This document shows, piece by piece, positions 33,542-45,360 of a DNA stretch of 64,000 nucleotides. Under the pieces are notes generated by a model, which saw only the letters and a list, made by a program, of their open reading frames with translations, did not search any database and had not been told where the DNA came from. This stretch comes from Diplonema japonicum (taxonomy: Eukaryota; Protista; Euglenozoa: Diplonemea). The position numbers were made by a program, and so were the translations under genes. How positions within the stretch are numbered: the first letter of the stretch is position 1; each line of letters opens with the position of its first letter. The stretch covers positions 310,001-374,000 of the forward strand of contig OZ025694.1 of assembly GCA_964019335.1 (NCBI GenBank), in the 5' to 3' direction.

Positions 33542-34610
33542 CCATCAACCAACGAGCGTCTTTATAGAGACGATTTGAAAAAAAAATCTTTGCGCAAAGG
33601 GCTTTCAATGCAATACAGCCCGGCCACTTCTCGCATCCGGGGTCCTGCGCGGAAAATATGAAAAATATAAACTAAATGCTGCCCTAACTTTGCAAGAAAA
33701 TGAAAAAATAAAAAAAACGCCAGCCCAAATTTACCCTTAAAAATCACTTCAAAGAGGCCGGAAGAGGACATTATGAGTGATGGTAGCACTGATGGCTCAT
33801 CCCTATTATGCAATTTTGATACAGACAGTGATTCTGATACGAATTCGACCGATTCCGAGTCACAGCAGGGTGATTGGACGACAAAGCCGGAGCAGTTGGA
33901 AGGCATCCAGTTTCGTGAAGATCGGAATCCTTGTGGACCCTGTTTTGACATCAGAGGCTCAACGCCGTACCAAAGATTCTCCCAAATGCTCGTCCCAAAC
34001 GTTATTCGGGTCATAACTTCGAACAATGTGGCAAATGCGGCTAAAAAAGGTGTTTCCCTGGATCTCGATGCTGCTTCTCTGCATACCTTCCTAGGTGCCC
34101 TTTTGTCGATGGACTTGATATCATGCCAGATTATTCTGACTACTGGCGTACTGGCTCGAAAAAGTAGCGCAACGTGCGGTGCAAGCATTGCAAGTCGAAA
34201 AGACCCCTATTTCAGTGTTCAGCCTGCTTGGTACAACTTTGCGTGACTCCGTGCTTCAAAGACTACCACCTTGCCGGGGATACCCCCCAGAAACCCCTCT
34301 CGGGGTCAAAAAAGAAGTCCCCCAGCCCTGGGGCACGTACGAACCGCGTCAAGAAGGCCTTAAATAGCTTTTTATAGAATTTTACAGTCGATCTTTTTTG
34401 ACTTGTTTTTTGTACCCCCTCTCGAGCACTTCGGGAACGATCGAGCACTTCGGGAACGGGGTGGGCCCTGCTGTGGGCACCCTCTCTCTAGAATTGGGAC
34501 ATCTGGAGGCATTTCCGGGGGCATATAGCCCCAGCGTTGCGCTAGAATAGTTTTTTTGAAGTTTTGAAAATTTACCCCCTGGTGGGCAAAAATGGTCCGT
34601 TGGTAGATGG
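33542..34610 (+). mobile_element. Internally deleted piggyBac DNA transposon
   Basis: TTAA at 33538-33541 and 34611-34614. 13-bp TIRs CCATCAACCAACG / CGTTGGTAGATGG (1 mismatch). Acidic N-terminus and TFLGALLSM, joined to a C-terminal Cys-rich domain RCKHC...FQCSACLVQLCVTPCFKDYH. Confidence 0.9.
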
Positions 34611-35812
34611 TTAAAAAAAAAAAAAAGCTAATTTTGCTTGCGGTAGGGCAAGCGGTTTTTTTTTTTTTTAATTATTTTCAACGGTGGTTTGAGACTTTCA
34701 CCAAAGAGGGGGTTGCCTTCCTTTTTTTTTCTCTTCGTGACTCCTTCTTCACAGGCAGTCTTTCTGTCACCTCTCTTTCTGCCGCACGGTGCCCACACAA
34801 ATGTCTCTCTCCCTTTTAGCCCCTTTTTTTTATTTTTTTTTACCACAGTTTTTACCCCCCTAAAAAAATCGTAGCTTTGTACCCAAGGTTTCACAATGTT
34901 TCGAACTAACAAAAAAAAAACACTCGCTTATATCTTTTTTTTATCCTATCTATTCACTCTCAGAAAACGAGAAAAAAGAAAAAAAAAAGAGTTTGTGATT
35001 TTTATTTTTTTTTCTTTTCAAAAGAAAGAACAGGGGAATAAAGCGATACCCAACGACACAGGCCTCGAACGATATTATGTTTGTTTCTCTCCCTTCAAAA
35101 AGGTGAGAAAAAAGAAAAAGAGATAAATATCCCTATTCGAAAATACCCTCTATCCCTATTGAAGGAAAAGAAAGAAGTATTTACTACTGCCCCCACACTC
35201 CTTTTACCCACCCCGCCCTGCTCACCCGCGAGCCAGGTGATTTTACGCATTCTTGCTTTTCGTTCCTTTCCCCCCCCCTTTTTTTTATTCTCACCCCTCC
35301 CCCGCTGTTAATCCTAACAGGATTAAGCAGCTTCTTTTTTTTTTTTCTTTCTTTGTTCTTATTCTTTCTTTTATTATTTTCTAAAAAAAAAAAGGCAGCA
35401 AATTAACCAATGCTTTGCCTAACTTGGTCTTTTTCTTTTTCTTTTTTTTTTGTTCTTTGTTGGCTATCCTTTTCTTTCTATTGTTTTTGCGAACTCCTTC
35501 TTTTATTATTTCTGTAATTGTTAGTGACGGTACAACCCGTTTCACTCTGTGTGACCTGTATTTCTTTTCTCACACCTTCTTCACTTATCCCCCCCACCCC
35601 CACTGTGACGGGAATAAGACGTGTAGCCAAGCAATAAAAAAAAAAAAAAAGAAACTTTAAAAAGAAAAACGCATCGGGGGAGATATTACCGATCATCAAG
35701 AACGAGATAAACGTCATATTTTCTCTCCACCCTCAGGTCTTTCTTTTTTTAAAACATTTTTTTCCCCCCACTCTTTCACACCCAGGTTGGAAGGAGGGGG
35801 GGGGAGAGAAGA

Positions 35813-37281
35813 ATGCTCCAAGACACAAGGGCCCGATGCGGCACAGCACCGGGATACAAAAACATCTCAAAACTTGGCCCGGAAGAAAGGAAAGATTCCG
35901 TGGTTGGTGTTTACGAGTCCTTCTTGGATCTGAGCGCGCTGCTTGCGGGTGACGGTGATGAAGACGACCTTTTCTCTGATGAAGAACGGGTGTCACTGCA
36001 AACCCCGAGCCCAGCCATGTCTAGAACTGACAAAAGGGGCGCGAACGTACGCCACGCGTTCTTCCTGTTCCTTAAGAGCTTCATTGGAGGCGCTGTACTA
36101 GCCCTCCCGAGTGCTTTCTACAATGGTGGGGTCATGGCTACCTCCGTCACGGTTCTGGCTACGTCGGTGTGGAACTTTTACTGTATGTTTCTTCTGTACC
36201 AATCGGGCTTGAGGAATAATATTTACACGCTTGGTGGTCTTGCCTCTACAGTAGGCCGGCCGTTAACTATAGCTTGCGAGGTGTCGCTGGTAGTGACGCA
36301 GTGCAGTTTTTGCGTCACGTATTTTATTTTCTTCACGGACTGTTTTGCAACGGCGATGAAATGGCTTCTTCACTGCAACGCGCCCGACCTCACCGCTTAC
36401 ATTTATTTGGGGCAGATCATGATATTCTCGCCGGTGTGCCTTGTGAGGAAGCTCGACAAGCTAGCCGTTCCCGCCATCATCGCCGACATTCTCATTATAA
36501 CATGTGTTTTCTACCTTCTATCAAGCTACATTTGGTACATTGAAACCGACGGTACTGGTGAACATGTTCCATGGATGACCGGGAGTGCTGTTGGGTCAGC
36601 AATGGGAACATCTATATTTGCTTTTGAAGGTGTTGGGATGGTGCTGCCCGTTGCAGGGTGCATGGAGTCGCCATCATTGTTCCCAAGGGTGTTGTTGCCT
36701 GTTGGTGTGTTACTCAGTTTGTTGTACATCGCGGTGGGAGGTCTTGGGGTGCTGGCTTATGGGAACCAAACCTCTACCACTGCTCTGTTGAATCTGAGTA
36801 CATCTGAGCCCAACAGTCCTATGCCGGTAGTTGTGCAGCTTTTCTGGTGTATTTCGTTGCTAGTGACATTTCCTATTCAGATAGCGCCCGCGTTTACGAG
36901 CGTGGAACGGGTTTTTGTTTTGTCGCGGTCCTGTTCTGATGTCTTTCGGGTCTCGATTGTTGTGGTGCTTGGGGCGCTCAGTTTTCTCTTCCGCAACTCT
37001 TTCTCGCAGTTTATCGCGCTCAGCGGCGTGTTTTGCTGCCTTCCCCTGGCGTTCATATACCCGCCTATTATCCACCTTTACGTTGCAGCGGGGACGCCCA
37101 AGGAGATTGCGCTCGATGTTGGGCTGTTAATCTTGGGTGCTGTGGTATGTTGAAAGAAAGAAAAAAAAAAAAAAAGAAAAAAAAAAAAAAAAAAAAACCA
37201 AAGGTGATGTGTTACGTGACAGTAACTACCTTCACGTCTACGCCTGCCGCGAGTCCTGAGATTCCTTGTAACAGGACTTAA
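35813..37281 (+). CDS. AAAP-family (Aa_trans, SLC36-like) amino acid transporter; predicted exons 35813-37144 and 37204-37281
   Basis: Motifs LKSFIGGAVLALP.AF and IFAFEGVGMVLPV with about 11 TM segments. The unspliced ORF stops at 37153 in mid-helix; splicing completes it (LILGAV|VMCYVTVTTF). Confidence 0.85.
37145..37203 (+). other. Predicted 59-nt phase-0 GT-AG intron, almost entirely poly-A
   Basis: GTATGT...CCAAAG. Removing it deletes the TGA and joins in frame to a hydrophobic continuation. Confidence 0.7.
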
Positions 37282-37320
37282 AAAAAGAATTTCTGTTTTT
37301 TTTTTTTTTTTTTTTTGTTT

Positions 37321-37428
37321 TAACAATATTATTGTCGAGACTAAAAACTAGTTGATGGCAGCGTAATGAGCTATTTTATTAGGTAAAATTCCGCTCGTGC
37401 GCACAAACAAATGGAGCGCCAAACTAGT
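37321..37428 (+). repeat. 108-bp interspersed repeat ending in CTAGT, second copy
   Basis: Identical to 19318-19425. Confidence 0.85.
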
Positions 37429-37555
37429 TTTTTTTTTTTTTTTTTGTATAATATGGGAGGGGGGATTGTTTATACTGCGCACACAAAATGCAAAAAAGAA
37501 TTGAAGGGTGGGCGAAAAAAAAAAAAAAAAAAGAAGAAGAAACAGTGAGTCCCCC

Positions 37556-37832
37556 CCGCCTTATTATACCCAGCATGGGTTGGCTTGTGTTGATTCCTTG
37601 GGTGGGCGTCTCAAGCGGTGCTCAAATGCTGAGGCAATGCTGATGTAAGCCCTTCTGCAAAGAAGTACACATCAAGCTACTTAGCACCAAACGTGCATCC
37701 TGTGAATCAGAAAAAAGAATCTCACAAACCATCTTCTCCTTTACTCTTGCCCCGTGTGGGACTTTCCCAGAGAGGCTCAGAGGGGTGCAAGTTAAGATTT
37801 GTCAAGAGGCAGGGGGGGGTATAATAAGGCGG
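37556..37832. mobile_element. MITE-like element bounded by a perfect 16-bp inverted repeat
   Basis: CCGCCTTATTATACCC (37556-37571) / GGGTATAATAAGGCGG (37817-37832). Confidence 0.6.
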
Positions 37833-38370
37833 TTTTTAAACGATTTTTTCTTTCTGATATTGAGGGGGGCGCAGGACTGCCTTCGGGTTTATAGGTCTCA
37901 GGTGACTGACTGCACCTCCCCTTTATGCGAGTCAAAGAAATGAGGAAACGTGTGCACTTTCAGCAACTTATCCCTCTATTTAAAACGATTTTTTTTTTCA
38001 CTTTTTTTTTCTTTTTTTTTTTTTTCTTCTAGTGCGCAGGCAAACAAACAAGCGCCGGAAAAAGTTTTGTTTTTTAGTGTGAAATTTCTTCTTTGAAGTA
38101 GTGAGTACCCCCATTCCCATGCACACTGAAATCAATTTATCGAACTTCTTCTTTTTTCTTCTTCTTTTTTTACAAAGCGAAAACGAAAGGGGGACTTTAA
38201 AGAAAATGTGCTGAGATAGAACGAAGCCAGTCAGGGAGAGTCGGAGTGGCTGACCAGTCGTACTTCGGCTCAGAGCTAAAATAATCAGTTTGACAGGAAG
38301 ACCTGATTTGCTACTATCAGTTTTGTTGCTTGGAAATACAGTAATCTTAATTTTTATTTCTCCGAATGCC

Positions 38371-38401
<31 letters not shown>

Positions 38402-38509
38402 GTGCAGTCCTTCAATTGGTGCGGGGACTGAGATTTTCTTCTTTTTATTTTTTATTTTCCTCCTCTCACCCCTACTACACGTTAAAAAAAAAAAAAAAAA
38501 AAAGATATA

Positions 38510-39945
38510 AAGGGGGGGTCCGAATAATCCCTTTATTTGGGCAGCGGAGGGGGGGTGTTTGGGCTCCAAAAAAAAAGAATTATTTGGAATACACTTATTT
38601 GGGTTGTACTTATTTGGGCTGGGGCCTGCCACATGGAAAGCAGGGAGCGGGGCTTGGAGCACTTCGGAAATCTTAACATGCCAAATCGTGCCAAGATTTC
38701 TTTCATGCTCTTTTTTTTTCCTAAGGGAAATCTTAACAGTTTTTCTCCCAGGCTGTGGAGAACCCACAAACGTTGCGACAAACCACCTGGTTTGGCGTTA
38801 GGTGGTTGCTGGGAGGTTGCGGGGGTCTGAGAGGCTTGAGAATCTGTCGGGTCTTGAGAAGCAGCAAGGTCTTGGGAGGCTGCTGGAGTCCCGGTAGCCG
38901 CGAGACCGCATACAGCAGTTGTATGACCTTTCTCATGTGCCTGCCCTACCCACGTTGATTCGGCGCTCTGCTGCAGTCATCAACCAATGTCCCGCCTCGG
39001 CTGCTTGTGCCACAGCCCCTCCTAACCCCCTCAAAATGGCGGGAGGTCTGAATCGCCGGCGCCACACAGAAGCAGCCTCACAATACGTACTTTTCCTTTT
39101 CAATCGATTGTTATATTTGTACTAATAAATATAGCGCGCATTCGACGGCACTGATCAAGCGACTGGCACCTTCCGAAGAAGGGCCTCCCACGTCCGCCGG
39201 GTTGAGCAGAGGATGCCCCGGGGCGGCCGTTCCAGATTATGTCGCACTCATCTTCTAGAAGAAAATGGGGTTTTTGCCCTCGTAGCTCGCCGGTCCAGCA
39301 CACGAAGCAAAGCAAATACTGGATAAGTTGTCAACACATGAATGCACGTGCCCTTCCGGCAACGCAGAAGCACTCGGGCCACCCACAAAGCGCCTTCGAA
39401 CTAAGTAGTTCCGTGAAATTTTGAACCGTTCATCACGAACCATCTAGCTTCTTGCGTTAAGAAAAAAAATAGTCCCCCACAATAACCCCCAGGTGCCAAA
39501 CCCCGTGGTCCCTGTTCAAAAATGCAAAAGAATTGCTCGTAAGTGCCCAAAACCAGGCGGAAATACTTTTTCGTCAAAAAAGGGGTGTACATGGGTTAGG
39601 TAGGCTAGTACCCTGCACAGGTGTAACCGAGAAAAACCCGTTGTACGACTACCATGTGACCCCCCCACCCCCCCGGCCCCAAAAATAATTCTTTATGACT
39701 ATATGTCTTTGTTGTTCGCACGAGCAAAAAAGATTTTTAAAAAGCTGCGAAAGTTTTTTGCTCGGCACAAGTTGCATATAGTTATAAAATCATTTTTTGA
39801 AAGATAAATATTTGTAACAAAAAAAAAAAAGAAAGGGGTCGGGAATTATTTGGGAAATTTGGAGCGGAAAAATCCCCGAAAAAAAAAAAGAATTATTTGG
39901 GAAAGAACACATTATTTGGGAGGGAATTATTCGGACCCCCCCCTT
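38510..39945. mobile_element. Non-autonomous TIR element, Tc1/mariner-like (TA-flanked)
   Basis: TA|AAGGGGGGGTCCGAATAAT ... ATTATTCGGACCCCCCCCTT|TA, with repeated TTATTTGG(G) subterminal motifs. A partial second copy lies at about 23211-23635. Confidence 0.7.
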
Positions 39946-40076
39946 TAATACGGTTCAAAGAAGTTTTTTTTTTTTTTTTCTTCGCTCAGTCGGATTTTTT
40001 ACAGTAAGTTTCCCCTTTCCCTTTCTTTTTTCAACATCTTTCTTCTAAAGAGAAAAAAAAAAAAAAAAAAAAAGAT

Positions 40077-42614
40077 ATGTTAAGCATAAAACTACTGAAC
40101 ATCGCAATCGTCCTGTTCAGCATAGTCCTAACCGGATTTCTCTGCACTTACTTAGTGGTCCTGAGCTCGGACGATGCACTGGACAAGACGAAGAAACTAC
40201 GGGACGACTCCGTGGACAACGCGTTTGACGTCGGAACAGAGGGCGTGCAGAACATCACGAAGGCCCTGCTGAACCAGGTCAGCGGCAGCGCGACGAACAT
40301 GATTCTCTCCTTCATCGACCCACACACAGTAGCATCCTCTATGCTAGCAGGCATGTTCTTAGCAGAAAACAGTTCCGTAACCCATCAATACAATTTTTTC
40401 GGAAATCTCAACCCAGTTGTGTGGAACCTCTTCAACGGGCTTAACCACAAGGGCATGACAGGTCTCGGCTTCGCTCTAGACAACTACGGTTCCCTTCTTA
40501 TCTATGAAGATGAAAATACAGTTCAACGGCCTCCTGAGGACTATCATTACAGTGGCGTTGTATGGAACACAGGGCTCAATTCCGGTGCTTCTGTTCAAGG
40601 TGGTCTGGCGAGAAGCATGCAAAGCGACACAATACCTTACACAGGGAGGCCTTTGGGAGTTCCCTACGACACCGACATTAATGTGAACTGGGATAGTTCA
40701 ACATGCAGGAAGTCCGCGATTCCCACGAACGGAAGCATTCCCGACGAACCTTGCGTAAGCGAACTGGAAGATACAAAAGGTTTGTTCTACCCCCTTGGCG
40801 CGCTTGTGGAAAGCGGGGAGGTGGCTTGGACAACACCATTCCCCGCGCAACATTTTCTTATTCTGGCTTGTGTTGGGTCGTTTCGCCATCAAGACCACCC
40901 AACATACCAAATGGGCCTGCATTCTGGGATGTCCTATGCAATGATTGACCTCAGGCATATCTCGTACCTTTTAAGATCTTTCAACATCAGCGAGCACAGC
41001 AGGGTGTACACGACCGTTCGCGCAAATTGGGTCCCACCGCACGGGACAGGTTTGGTAACAGGAGCATCACGTGGTAGAACACATTACTATAACAATGGTA
41101 TCAAAGCGATCTACCCGATAGAAAGCGATGATTGGGTGATTAAAGGAACAGGCGAATACCTCGCAGAAGCGGGTTACGACAACGTAATGCAAAGCACGAA
41201 CCTCACCGAGTTCAATATGACCTCTGACCGAGCACCGGAAGGGGAGATATTCTACGTAAAAGTCGCACCAATCGAAAACAAAGAGAAGATAAACTGGCAT
41301 GTTACAATAACCATCGACAGGAAACACATATTGGGTCAAATCGACGCCAACCTCCTCGCCACCCAACGCGCCATTTCAGAAACTGAAAAAGATGTTCAAG
41401 ATACCTTGGACTCAGACCGACTAAGGCTGTACCTTTTAGTAGCTGGTGTCACATTGGTGTTGGTAGTTCTAAGCACCGTATTTGTTTTCGGGATAATATC
41501 GCCGTTGGAAACTCTCCAGCATGAAATGGCGCTTGTTGCTATTATGAGATTAGAATGCGTTGAATCAACACGGCCCTTTTCAGCTTTGTCTGAAGTTCGT
41601 CTCATGCAAGCATCGTTTCTACAGATGCTCAAGAACCTCAAAGAATATCGGAATTTCATCCCGGCTTCCGCTTTGCAAGATGAAACAGAAGATGAGTCTA
41701 ACTCGGAAGACGGGACGTCAAAAGTGTCGTCAGGTGGAAGGTCCGTTTCTAATACTATAACAGTGTCGCAGGGAAACACATCCCATCAGCTTTCCCTTAC
41801 TAAGACTGCGTTGCACAATGATGTGAGGACCAAGAAGATCACATTGCTATCATGTAATGTTATAGGGTTTCTCGATGGAGATGCGGTGAAGAAGGTTAAC
41901 ATTCATGCGAAATATCTTACAGCTTGTCTTGCTTGCGCGAAGGAGACAAAAGGTATCCCTGATAGTTTCTCAGGCGACCGTATTTATCTGTCGTGGAACG
42001 CTGCAAAACAATGCAATGGCCACCGTTCAAATGCTGTTATGTTCGCCACAGAAATGCTCAAACACCTCAAGCAACACAAGATCACCGTTTCGATGGCCAT
42101 CTGCAGCTCTGACACATCGTGTGGCAACATGGGGATTGAAATGATGAAGAAATACAATTATATCGGTTCGCTTCCGTCTTGGCTTCACGTTTTGCAGCAT
42201 GCTGGATCGCTTAATGATGCAAGAATATGCATAGATGGGAGTATCAAAGACGACGCCGAAGCTGTTTTCTTCATTAGAACTCTCGACCTCATGCTGTTTA
42301 TAAAGCACAGCAAGCTTCCTATGCTTATCTATGAGGTCAAAGATGAAAAACAGGTAACTGCTGAAGAATGGATGTACCAGCTGCAGGGTACCGACCGACT
42401 TGATAAGTACAAGAATTTCAACGTTGCGTGGGTGTTGTACTCAAGGGGTGATGGGGCAGGGGCGAAGGCGGCGCTACATGCTAGTGAGTTGGAGAGGGAT
42501 GCTGGTTTTGAGGTGTTGTCTTCAAAGATTGAAGCGCTACTGAGAGACGGAGAAACCCGTCCTGTTGCTTCTACCACGCTTCTTCTCGAGAGGCCATTCT
42601 TGTCGGTCGCATGA
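40077..42614 (+). CDS. Receptor-type class III nucleotide cyclase-like protein (TM, Cache-like ectodomain, TM, HAMP-like segment, degenerate cyclase)
   Basis: Two TM helices flank a roughly 400-aa ectodomain (VAWTTPF, WHVTITI). Then ISPLETLQHEM...SEVRLMQ.SF..M..NLKEYRNFIP, cyclase-like CNVIGF, FSGDR and GNMG, and EWMYQL. Confidence 0.8.
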   Translation: MLSIKLLNIAIVLFSIVLTGFLCTYLVVLSSDDALDKTKKLRDDSVDNAFDVGTEGVQNITKALLNQVSGSATNMILSFIDPHTVASSMLAGMFLAENSSVTHQYNFFGNLNPVVWNLFNGLNHKGMTGLGFALDNYGSLLIYEDENTVQRPPEDYHYSGVVWNTGLNSGASVQGGLARSMQSDTIPYTGRPLGVPYDTDINVNWDSSTCRKSAIPTNGSIPDEPCVSELEDTKGLFYPLGALVESGEVAWTTPFPAQHFLILACVGSFRHQDHPTYQMGLHSGMSYAMIDLRHISYLLRSFNISEHSRVYTTVRANWVPPHGTGLVTGASRGRTHYYNNGIKAIYPIESDDWVIKGTGEYLAEAGYDNVMQSTNLTEFNMTSDRAPEGEIFYVKVAPIENKEKINWHVTITIDRKHILGQIDANLLATQRAISETEKDVQDTLDSDRLRLYLLVAGVTLVLVVLSTVFVFGIISPLETLQHEMALVAIMRLECVESTRPFSALSEVRLMQASFLQMLKNLKEYRNFIPASALQDETEDESNSEDGTSKVSSGGRSVSNTITVSQGNTSHQLSLTKTALHNDVRTKKITLLSCNVIGFLDGDAVKKVNIHAKYLTACLACAKETKGIPDSFSGDRIYLSWNAAKQCNGHRSNAVMFATEMLKHLKQHKITVSMAICSSDTSCGNMGIEMMKKYNYIGSLPSWLHVLQHAGSLNDARICIDGSIKDDAEAVFFIRTLDLMLFIKHSKLPMLIYEVKDEKQVTAEEWMYQLQGTDRLDKYKNFNVAWVLYSRGDGAGAKAALHASELERDAGFEVLSSKIEALLRDGETRPVASTTLLLERPFLSVA

Positions 42615-42642
42615 TGTTTTTTTTAGATAAGTAGAGACAAAG

Positions 42643-42691
<49 letters not shown>

Positions 42692-43604
42692 TATATTTCT
42701 CAACCCTCCCCCCCTGAAAAGTTTTTTTTTTCAAAATGATTTTTTCTTTTTATAACCTTATGCAATTTGTGCCGAGAAAAAAAAAAAAAAAAAAAAAAAG
42801 GAAAAAAAAAAAAAAAAAAAAAAAACCTTTGCTGAGCAACAAAAGTCATAAAGTTATAATTAAATCTTTTTTTTTTTTTGAAAACTGAACGTTTTTGGGT
42901 CCGGTATGGCCATGCTGTGACCATAGAAGGAGAAAGAAAAAAAAGAATGGGGTGGGGTATTTTCTTTTTTTTCTTTAGTGATGACAAAGCCATGGGGGGG
43001 GTTTTTTTTCTTCCTCCTTTATCTCATCTCTTTTTCTTCTTCTTTTTTCTTCCCTCCTGCCTACTTTTTTTTCTTACACCAGTTTGCTTTTTCTTTTTCT
43101 TTCCCCCCCCTTTTTTGTTTTCTGGGAGGGTTTCTTCTTTTTTTTTTATGAAACCTACTCAAAGCAAAAGATAACTTTTTTTTTCAAAACAAGATTTGTA
43201 TGGAAAGTGAAAAATCCTTTCATTTTGCACACCCCCCCCCCCCCCCCCTCATGGCTTTTCTTTTCTCCTTTTTCTGTTCTTTTTTTTTTTCTCTATAAGT
43301 TATTTCCTTTCTGTTACGGTACTTTTTTTTTTTTTTTTTTTTTTTTTTGTAATTCACCTTGTCTCCTAAAAGATTCGAGTGTGGACTGCAACACTCTAAT
43401 GAAAAGGGGGAGGCACAAAAAGATTGAGAATGAGTATAAAATAGATAAAACGAAAATCCTTCTCAGTAGGCACCCACCAGGGGAAGAAAAAGTAGCATTT
43501 TGCACTTGAGTGAAAAGAAAAACTCATTCCCAGTTTCTTTTTCTGTAATTCTGAAAAGGTGGTCTTTTTTGTGGGAACCCGATGAATGTTCATTCATCAA
43601 AATG

Positions 43605-43671
<67 letters not shown>

Positions 43672-45360
43672 GTAAAATTAAAAAAGAAAAAAAAAAGAAA
43701 AAGATGCCCGGACTGACAAAATACCCGGGGTATTTTGTCAAAAGTCCGACGATTCTTCACTCAAATACCCCCCCCTGATTACCCTCCTCTCGTAATTTGA
43801 TCCAGGCTACAATTTGATTGTGAGAGTCGCGGGCCCTACTTCTGAGCTACGCTATGTTGCGCGGCCAGCGATTTTAAAAACACACACTTTTCTTTTTTTT
43901 TTTTTTTTCCCCGAAGAAAGGCCCAGGTTTACATAAGGGTAGAGACACCACTCCCGAGCTGCAAAAAAAAGAAAAAACGTTTTTTTTTTTTTTTTTACAC
44001 CAAATGCCGAAGACTAAGAAGGAAAAAGACTAAAAGCCGACCGGAGATGATGTGTTTGAATTTATCTGAGGCAGCTAAAAGCAAAAACGGAAATACCCCC
44101 AAATTCGGGCAGTTTTTAGGGGAAGAATGCGACCGGAAGGTTCGAGAATGCAAAGCCAAAAAAACCACGATTCTCGAGTAATCTTCTTTTTTTTGAATCG
44201 CAACACTCTTTGGCGGGGCTATTTATTAAGCTCAAATGGGGTATAGGTGCAGGTGGAAGATGAGCACAAGGGGGCGTCTCACAAAGGACTTCCTTTAACT
44301 CATGTCTATTTCTTTTAGTAAAGGGGTTCAGAGGAATGGCGGGTAGAAGGCCTTAAAAGAGTCCACCATAGGTGTCTTTTGGGTTTTTTCATTGCTCCAG
44401 AAGCTTTCTGACTCCTTCCGGGGTGGGGGTGGGGTGTCCTGTACTGTGCTTTGCTCTAAGAGCAGGCAGAATGGCGGAATTAATTCACCCCCCTCCTCCT
44501 TTTTTTTTTTTTTGCTTGCAAGAACAGGTATTTTTGACTAATTTTGCCGTGTTAGCCCCAAGTTCTAACTAGGCACGAAATATACTATTTTTTTTTCTTT
44601 CTATCCTCCTTTTCTTTTTTCTCACAACGGCTTCTCTACCTACGCGTAGGCGTCGGCGGCACTGGCCGCTCATGTTTGTAAGTACACGATTCTGAAGTGT
44701 TTTTAAGAGAGGAGGCTGTTTTGTGTTGCATTCTTCTTTTTCTATCTATCTTTTTTTTTTTTTTTTAAAGAAAAAAGGGGTAATTACTTAATACCCATGA
44801 AAAGTGCCGAAATTCACTTAGCACCCAAAAGAAAGGTTTCGTATTACTCAAAACCTAATTTTGGGCATTAAGCGAATGAACCCCCTTTTTTTTTTAAAGA
44901 AAACAACATTCCCTATTGGGCCCCTCCCTTATAGTTCAAGCGAATACGGTGCATTTCATTCTCTGATTTTTTCCCCCCCCCCATTTTTTTCTATCTATAT
45001 ATCTGAGAAGCTGCGCGTCTGGTGAACCAAAAAAAGATGAAGAAAGGGAAAGAAGAAAAACCATTAGTTTTTTTTTTTTTTTTTTTTACAAATATTTGTC
45101 TTTCAAAAAATGATTTTATAACTATATGCAACTTGTGCCGAGCAAAAAACTTTCGCAGCTTTTTTAAAAACCTTTTTTTTGCTCGTGCGAACAAAGACAT
45201 ATAGTCATAAGGAATTATTTTTCAAGAATGAGTCGGTCTTTGACTTGTCTAAACAAAAGGGGAATGTTGGCAACGTGTTTCGGGTTGACAAACTTCTCCA
45301 GGTTTTACCCGGGCACGTACAAACAACGGCTAGTTCCTTTTTTTTTTTTTTTTTTTTTTT

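Noticed and set aside
33545-33560. AACCAACGA as the start of a spliced-leader gene
   Set aside because: Not followed by the conserved CAGTTTCTGTACTTTATTG; it is the piggyBac TIR.
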